Below, piece after piece: positions 59,701 to 64,000 of a DNA stretch of 64,000 nt. Each line of letters starts with the position of its first letter. The first letter of the stretch is position 1. A program made the position numbers and the translations under genes. The notes beneath the pieces are model-generated. The model worked only from the letters and a program-made list of their open reading frames with translations. It was not told the origin of the DNA and searched no databases. Source of the DNA: an uncultured Muribaculaceae bacterium (GTDB lineage: Bacteria > Bacteroidota > Bacteroidia > Bacteroidales > Muribaculaceae); NCBI GenBank assembly GCA_947628305.1, contig CANQZG010000016.1:304-64303 (forward strand). The letters run 5' to 3'.

Positions 59701-61185
59701 GCTGACAAGGCTACGGCGTTCAAGGTTGCCGAGGTAGGATGTCAGTACGAGGTTCTGTATCGTGGCTGAACGCTGTACAGTGACGTTGTTCCCGTTGATG
59801 CTGGCTGTGCCTCCACGCACCTCCCATTCCACGTCATTGGCGGTGGAGACTGTGAAACTGGTCTTGACACGGTCATGGTTCTCCCCGTCGGCGAGGGTAA
59901 ACGGAGTCGAGAATAACAATGCCGCCTCGGTGTCGGCCGATGTTTTTAAACGTGGGTACAGGCCGGCGGTGAATGTCCATGTTGCTGCGTCATACCCTGT
60001 CAGGGCGTTGCCCGATGTCATGGATGAAGTTGAAAGCCCCAGGTCTGAATCAAAAAAACCTGATGTTTGTCGGTCATAAAAGCAGTTTTCAAGATATTCG
60101 TTATAGGCGATATCGGCATCTCCGATAAGTTCGCAACCTGCATTGCGTTTTATGACAGGAACGAACATGCTGCCTGAATTGTAGCAGTTCTTGATTTTAA
60201 GTTCCTTGTTATTGGTATTCTTGACAAATCCGGCTATGCCTCCGGCGGTTGACGCGATGTTGTACACAGTCCCGGCGTTGTAACAATCGGAGATTGTCCC
60301 GGCGTTGAGTGTGGCCACTATGCCGCCGAGGTTGCCGCTGCCCGAGATGTAACCGCCGTTCCAGCATCGTTCGATTTCACCGACATTAAGTGTTGATGAT
60401 ATGCCGCCGCAGTTGTTCAGGCTTGAGCCTTGGATTGACCCGATGAAATAACAGTCGGATATCTTGGAGGCATCGCTGAGCGTGAGGGATACCGAGGCGA
60501 TACCGCCGATGTGTACGGAGCTGCCGCTCTCTGATTGTGCCACTATCGTGGCGTCACAATATGATTTGGATATATGCCCGTAGTTCTGGCCTACGATTCC
60601 GCCGAAAGACACTGCCGTGGTGAATGAGCCTGATACGTGGCAATTGGATAGGGTCGCACCTTTCAGGAATCCGACGAGACCGCCCTTGTAGCTCCCGACG
60701 GTTGTCGTCAGGTCGATGTTTGACGCATGGCAGTTGTCGATATCGCCTTGGCTTTGGCCGGCAAGTGCACCACCGTAGGAGTTGGTGCTCGTGATTTTGA
60801 GATTGTCGAGTGTCAGGTTCTTGACACTCCCTTTTGTGTCGATGAATGCGAAAAGGGATACGTAGTATGTTCCGTTGAGGGTCCCTCCGCTTATGGTCTT
60901 GCCGTTGCCGTCAAATGTCCCATTAAATTTCTTGGGGGTGACTTTGCCGGTATAACCAATCATAGGGAATGATTCCGATGAAGTGTATGTGAGATTGTTC
61001 TCAAGTCTGAAACACTTGTTCTCGAATGTGTTGCCGTCACCTACTGCAGTGGCCAGTTCTGTCAGATGGGCTTTGGTGCTGATGAGGTAGGGGGATTGCG
61101 ATGAGCCGTCTCCTCCTCCGAAAGTCTGTGCCTGCACTGAAGCAGTGGCGAGCAAGACCGATAATGTCAGTAAAGATTTTTTCAT
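56701..61185 (-). CDS. Giant GLUG-motif repeat surface protein with a T9SS C-terminal sorting domain
   Basis: 1494 aa. Signal peptide MKKSLLTLSVLLATASVQA. Three super-repeats, each opening with DPY(L/I)I(S/A)T..FxGTFDG(N/D)GxTI, followed by many GG(L/I)(V/A)G GLUG-type turns. C-terminus (YYTTDGIEIAMPSTGTGIVIERTILNDGTVTVKKLAF) resembles a T9SS CTD. Confidence 0.75.
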   Translation of the reverse strand: MKKSLLTLSVLLATASVQAQTFGGGDGSSQSPYLISTKAHLTELATAVGDGNTFENKCFRLENNLTYTSSESFPMIGYTGKVTPKKFNGTFDGNGKTISGGTLNGTYYVSLFAFIDTKGSVKNLTLDNLKITSTNSYGGALAGQSQGDIDNCHASNIDLTTTVGSYKGGLVGFLKGATLSNCHVSGSFTTAVSFGGIVGQNYGHISKSYCDATIVAQSESGSSVHIGGIASVSLTLSDASKISDCYFIGSIQGSSLNNCGGISSTLNVGEIERCWNGGYISGSGNLGGIVATLNAGTISDCYNAGTVYNIASTAGGIAGFVKNTNNKELKIKNCYNSGSMFVPVIKRNAGCELIGDADIAYNEYLENCFYDRQTSGFFDSDLGLSTSSMTSGNALTGYDAATWTFTAGLYPRLKTSADTEAALLFSTPFTLADGENHDRVKTSFTVSTANDVEWEVRGGTASINGNNVTVQRSATIQNLVLTSYLGNLERRSLVSVYPQIFTGAGTESDPYILATKEDILKFCDAMNNQQMDFTGEYLRMTSDIDIEHDGSFLPFGFSTTALLAFNGTFDGNGHSLKNISIDSRTNKVMNVGLFPTIGALGIVKNLTLDNSCQFLVFRNFAPFTANLYGTLENCRNYADVPTTEGYSAGCAGFIYESGKVKGCFNAGSISATTRNGALGGIFISNNGGLVENCLNTGTITADSFDKAQNLGGIGYSNHGTLRNVMNTGLVKGGANSSIIGGIVATDNAQSLIENALSVAPVIAGGIDNVGSIVGSPKGTYKNSYADIQITLHADGLDGVSLVNTNVLTAYDWKGLGTEAWSYTPGRYPVLAYMADEPNAQLGSMPVILGDGMSRNQISGDGILYQANGLTWSLKEGGALSINGNKLVYSAPQAYTKDVLTATFNGRTKEIPLGAMAVLFSGKGSEDDPYIISTADDLVKLSDDIAASGVGYAGKFFRVSKDIDMSSVANFTPIAQNAKFGATFDGDGHTIDNLTISSTTTPAGLFYNVGATAKICNLTIGAKSKITGKGSTGAFASNLEGTLHNCTNKATVSTTATIAGGLVGTAKGQAVLSDLVNEASMTSSQTKTAGIVGAITSLGVKGSNLVNRGDITSTANNAAGIVSHATGFELNGAENYGVITGRNDVAGLVGQSSDILIIENGYNYGKISGATEVGGIAGYTSKAGSKIIGCMNAANVEANTQAAAGILARGVAVTISQCANFGDITNTKTSLSTSNAGAAAIVAKADPTIEDCYNFGTISAWDNVGSALGIYNSTTAQTSVKNFYNAGNVTATGTTPAGAAIFIGKGSTSKKPILTNCVYDKQVLHDATDDGGLSTSALLATSFGENFSDGTNGYPILNCLAEIPVARLHRTAVSLGEGEHFGMVKNGFSILTDPEVSLSGDDVFTVSGNQVSVKPNTTGDFALTAKLGELSRTIKLHVETGASSIVGIDSEQTVKSRTYYTTDGIEIAMPSTGTGIVIERTILNDGTVTVKKLAF

Positions 61186-61201
61186 TATGATTAATTAAGC
61201 G

Positions 61202-63355
61202 TTAATGTTTTGCAAATTTCAGGGTTTCGGTGGCATCTCCGTCTGTGACATTTATGACATACAGGCCTGACGGTAATTCTGACAGGCTGATTACATCCTC
61301 GTTTCCCATGGAGCGTGAACCTCCTGAAAATCCTTTTACAGTCATTCCCGAGGTGTTGTACACGTTGATATTTGTCGGGTTGCCATCCTTGTAATACAGC
61401 ACATGTAGTTTATCTCCCATGATGTTGACACTCCACGGACTGTCCTTGACTGTGGCGGAGACGATGTCGCTTTGGGCAAAATTCTGTAGGACATATTTCA
61501 GGCCTTCGTATGCATCGATTTTACCACGTCCCCAAGTATAGTTGTCGCCTGAACCTGTGAACTCATCGTGGCGGCATGTGTTATCAAAAGTCTGACGCAC
61601 CTGTGCCGGAGTCAGTGTAGGGCACGCCTGTAGCCATAGGGCGATGACTCCGGCTACGTGGGGTGAAGCCATGGATGTGCCTTGGTATACCCCGTAAGGG
61701 TATTCCGTTCCGTTCCAGCTTTCACGATAGGCGATTGCAGGGTCATTGTTCATCCCGCTGTTGAATGCCGAGACGATGAGGCTTCCCGGTGCGGCGACAT
61801 CAGGTTTCAGACGTCCGTCGGCCGACGGACCGACATTGGAGAATGGGGATATGTCGCTGATGGTGAATTCTGTGACCTGCGGGTCTCCCTTTACCACCGG
61901 GATGTTGTTCTTGGTATTGTAGGATGCGACGGTTATGATGCTTTTGCCTGTGCCGCCTATTTCGCAGATTCCATAGTCGTGGTCGGGGATGTCCATGTTG
62001 TCAAGGAACTTCTTGAAGCAGCACATGTTTTCATTGGCCCATGCATGCACTGTGCTTCCCGCTTCGCCTGTCACCATGATTGCGATGACTTTGTCGGGTT
62101 GATAATCGGTGATGCCGAGTGTTATATGGGCCATCGGTTTCCCGTTGAGCGGTGATGTCTGTGTTATTATTTTAAAATAGCCACCTGAACCGTCAAATGG
62201 TTTTTGTAGTGTGACAGACGCGGTGTTTGAACGGCTGCAGTCGTATGTACGGCTTTTATACACAGGTGCCATTGTCTCCTTATCGATTGTACATACATTC
62301 ACTTTCAGTGTTTTGCCAGGTTCTCCCCATACCTGAAGTTCACCTATGCCTGACATACCTTCCCTGAATGCCACTCCGGTGAGAAGTTGGGTGTTCTCCT
62401 CGGTGAATCGTTTGCTGATGTGCATGTCGATAAGACCGTTATTACCCGATGCCCCCACGAGGATGCGTCCCGGTCCCGTGAGCTCGTCGCCGAGAACGTC
62501 ACGCAATGAACTGCCGTCATGGGGTCCCATCTCTGTGCCGAGGCTCATATTGATGACAGCGGGCATCTGTTTTTCATCGGCGTAGTCAAACAGATATTGT
62601 ATCGCGTCCGAAATCCCCTTATCGATTTCGGAGAATGTCGAGAACGCGAGGGTGGCATCGTAGGCTATGCCATGATAGGGGCAGGAGATGTTGTTTCCTG
62701 CGGCGATATTCATCACATGGCTGCCATGGGAATAATAGACAAGGTCACTTTTCTTTTCAAGCAATGCGTCCTGTGTCTTGTATTCGGTGCCATATCCGAA
62801 CTTTGCCGGGGCGTTACCCGAATCATCGTCATGTACCCATGCCCTTTCAAGGCGAAGCGATGAACGGTTGGCGTCATAGAACGCAACATGGGTGAAATCG
62901 AGCCCTCCGTCAATTGCGGCAACTATTACGCCTTTGCCGGTAAACGGGGTTTTGAATCCCGGGATTTCAGTTCCGGCGTGTATCTTGCTGACTTTTGTGT
63001 CCTGGCGGGCTACATCCAACAACGGTTTGGCGGTTTGTGCGGCCTGGATGCATTCCACACTTTCCATTGCGGCCACCTGTTCCAGCATATTGACAGGGAC
63101 ACGTGCCGTCAGAACGGTCTTTCCTACGGCATCAACCGTGATTCCAAGTTGGGTCAGGTCATCGATGCAGGAAGCGTTTGAAAAACGGATATATACAGGA
63201 ATGACCGATTGTTTCTCGGCGGGAAGGTGTAGGGCGTTGGATGAGTCAGACAACCTTTGTATCTCGAGTATTGTCTCGGTTGTGAATTTTGGAGTCGCGC
63301 CTGATGCAGTAAATATAGGGGTTAGGCATACCGTAGCAAGTAAAAATTTTTTCAT
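61202..63355 (-). CDS. S8-family (subtilisin-like) serine peptidase with a T9SS C-terminal sorting domain
   Basis: 717 aa. Catalytic triad contexts VAAIDGGLD, HGSHVMNIAAG and GTSMASPHVAGVIALW. C-terminus LPSGLYVINVTDGDATETLKFAKH. Lies 16 nt upstream of the GLUG gene. Confidence 0.85.
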   Translation of the reverse strand: MKKFLLATVCLTPIFTASGATPKFTTETILEIQRLSDSSNALHLPAEKQSVIPVYIRFSNASCIDDLTQLGITVDAVGKTVLTARVPVNMLEQVAAMESVECIQAAQTAKPLLDVARQDTKVSKIHAGTEIPGFKTPFTGKGVIVAAIDGGLDFTHVAFYDANRSSLRLERAWVHDDDSGNAPAKFGYGTEYKTQDALLEKKSDLVYYSHGSHVMNIAAGNNISCPYHGIAYDATLAFSTFSEIDKGISDAIQYLFDYADEKQMPAVINMSLGTEMGPHDGSSLRDVLGDELTGPGRILVGASGNNGLIDMHISKRFTEENTQLLTGVAFREGMSGIGELQVWGEPGKTLKVNVCTIDKETMAPVYKSRTYDCSRSNTASVTLQKPFDGSGGYFKIITQTSPLNGKPMAHITLGITDYQPDKVIAIMVTGEAGSTVHAWANENMCCFKKFLDNMDIPDHDYGICEIGGTGKSIITVASYNTKNNIPVVKGDPQVTEFTISDISPFSNVGPSADGRLKPDVAAPGSLIVSAFNSGMNNDPAIAYRESWNGTEYPYGVYQGTSMASPHVAGVIALWLQACPTLTPAQVRQTFDNTCRHDEFTGSGDNYTWGRGKIDAYEGLKYVLQNFAQSDIVSATVKDSPWSVNIMGDKLHVLYYKDGNPTNINVYNTSGMTVKGFSGGSRSMGNEDVISLSELPSGLYVINVTDGDATETLKFAKH

Positions 63356-63625
63356 TATGTGATGACGTTAGTTGCTAATGAGCGCAAAATTACAAATTAA
63401 TTAAAAAATACAATCAAATTGATGCTTAAAATTTGAGTTTAACATTAAATATTCAAATTGGATTATAAATGATTATTACTTGAGCCCTGTTACTATAGTG
63501 GTCGTTAAAATAGGCTGAAATGAATAAAAATATCGCAGGTTTGTCTAATTGTTTAAGAAGCGTTAAATTTGTGGCCGTTTTCAGACAGGCTGTTAACATT
63601 AACCGTAGAAGCTGAATCAAAAACT

Positions 63626-63642
63626 GAAGTCAAGATGGCTTC
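63626..63642. promoter_or_regulatory. Near-palindrome GAAGTCA-AGA-TGgCTTC, 25 nt upstream of the GT2 gene
   Basis: One mismatch to the GAAGTCA-N3-TGACTTC family. Its ATG opens an 11-codon ORF (MASLSKNWRLS*) whose stop overlaps the GT2 ATG (ATGA). Confidence 0.4.
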
Positions 63643-63666
63643 ACTCTCTAAAAATTGGAGATTATC

Positions 63667-64000
63667 ATGACAGGACATCCTGAAATATCGATAATTGTTC
63701 CGGTGTATAACGTTATGACTTATCTACCGGTATGCCTTGACTCTATTATTGGTCAGGATTTTACCGATTGGGAGGCCATTGTTGTGGATGATGGTTCGAC
63801 CGATGGTTCGGGAGAGATATGTGACCGATATGCTAAAATAGATTCCCGGATACGTGTGTTTTATCAAAGGAACGCCGGGGTGTCTGTTGCCCGTAATGAG
63901 GCTTTAAAAATGGCTCGTGGACGTTTCATCGGTTTTGTCGACAGTGACGACTGGATTGCCCCGACTTTTTATAGTACATTGTACAGGCTTATAACTGAGA
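63667..64000 (+). CDS. Family 2 glycosyltransferase, N-terminal fragment (3' end outside window)
   Basis: ATG at 63667. MTGHPEISIIVPVYNVMTYLPVCLDSIIGQDFTDWEAIVVDDGSTDGSGEICD..GFVDSDDW (GT2 DxD context). Open to the window end, so it is absent from the ORF track. Confidence 0.8.
   Translation, partial: MTGHPEISIIVPVYNVMTYLPVCLDSIIGQDFTDWEAIVVDDGSTDGSGEICDRYAKIDSRIRVFYQRNAGVSVARNEALKMARGRFIGFVDSDDWIAPTFYSTLYRLITE

Noticed and set aside
63434-63600. Direct repeats of TTAACATTAA about 155 bp apart upstream of the GT2 gene (possible phase-variable promoter)
   Set aside because: They are only 10 bp, direct rather than inverted, lie in AT-rich DNA where such matches are expected, and no recombinase is nearby.

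Overview
A 64-kb chromosomal segment of a Bacteroidales-type (Bacteroidota) genome. The taxon call rests on a tmRNA encoding the tag GENNYALAA, a SusC/SusD pair, BACON and T9SS C-terminal sorting domains, and TAnnTTTG -7 promoter boxes before most operons. All domain names come from reading the translated ORFs; no HMM or BLAST search was run.

**Layout**
- **1-14.9 kb, mostly housekeeping:** a DUF4160/DUF2442-HTH pair, tRNA-Pro(CGG), an RluA-family pseudouridine synthase, topA, a glycogen-debranching-type enzyme, a lipoprotein class A beta-lactamase, tmRNA, metK with a possible SAM-II-like leader, a PpiD-like chaperone, GH43, a CMD-cupin fusion and a YraN-family protein.
- **14.9-32.2 kb, integrative mobilizable element (about 17.3 kb):** it sits in the 3' end of a tRNA(CAT) gene and is bounded by 44-bp perfect direct repeats. 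TGTGTTCA arm-type repeats lie at both ends. It encodes a tyrosine integrase, a relaxase operon and a primase/AAA/HTH module. Its cargo has two parts:
  - an ECF sigma / beta-barrel / DUF4974 anti-sigma / STN-type TonB receptor / DUF4249 / four-lipoprotein locus;
  - a 390-aa unknown protein plus an AlbA_2-HATPase_c_4-wHTH protein.
- **32.2-34.4 kb, AT-rich islet:** an HTH, DUF2971 and BroN-Fic operon. It ends at an 11-nt remnant of the same tRNA 3' end followed by a terminator hairpin, which suggests two successive insertions at this tRNA.
- **34.4-37.8 kb:** an operon encoding an ECF sigma fused through one TM helix to an outer-membrane-type beta-barrel, a CotH-family protein and a lipoprotein.
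- **37.9-54.4 kb, the item I rank highest:** an 11-gene same-strand SusC/SusD locus dominated by phosphoester and glycerol-3-phosphate enzymes, with no glycoside hydrolase that I could recognise. I read it as a candidate utilisation locus for a phosphodiester-linked polymer such as teichoic acid, a phosphoglycan or nucleic acid.
- **54.6-64 kb:** a second DUF4160/DUF2442-HTH pair, a LacI-family regulator, an S8 protease and a 1494-aa GLUG-repeat protein (both with T9SS tails), and the start of a GT2 glycosyltransferase.

**Recurring non-coding signals not explained by the genes**
- A 26-nt sequence identical in two unrelated 5'/intergenic regions.
- A GAAGTCA-N3-TGACTTC palindrome family sitting on start codons.
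- A duplicated roughly 35-nt leader before the sigma-barrel and CotH genes.
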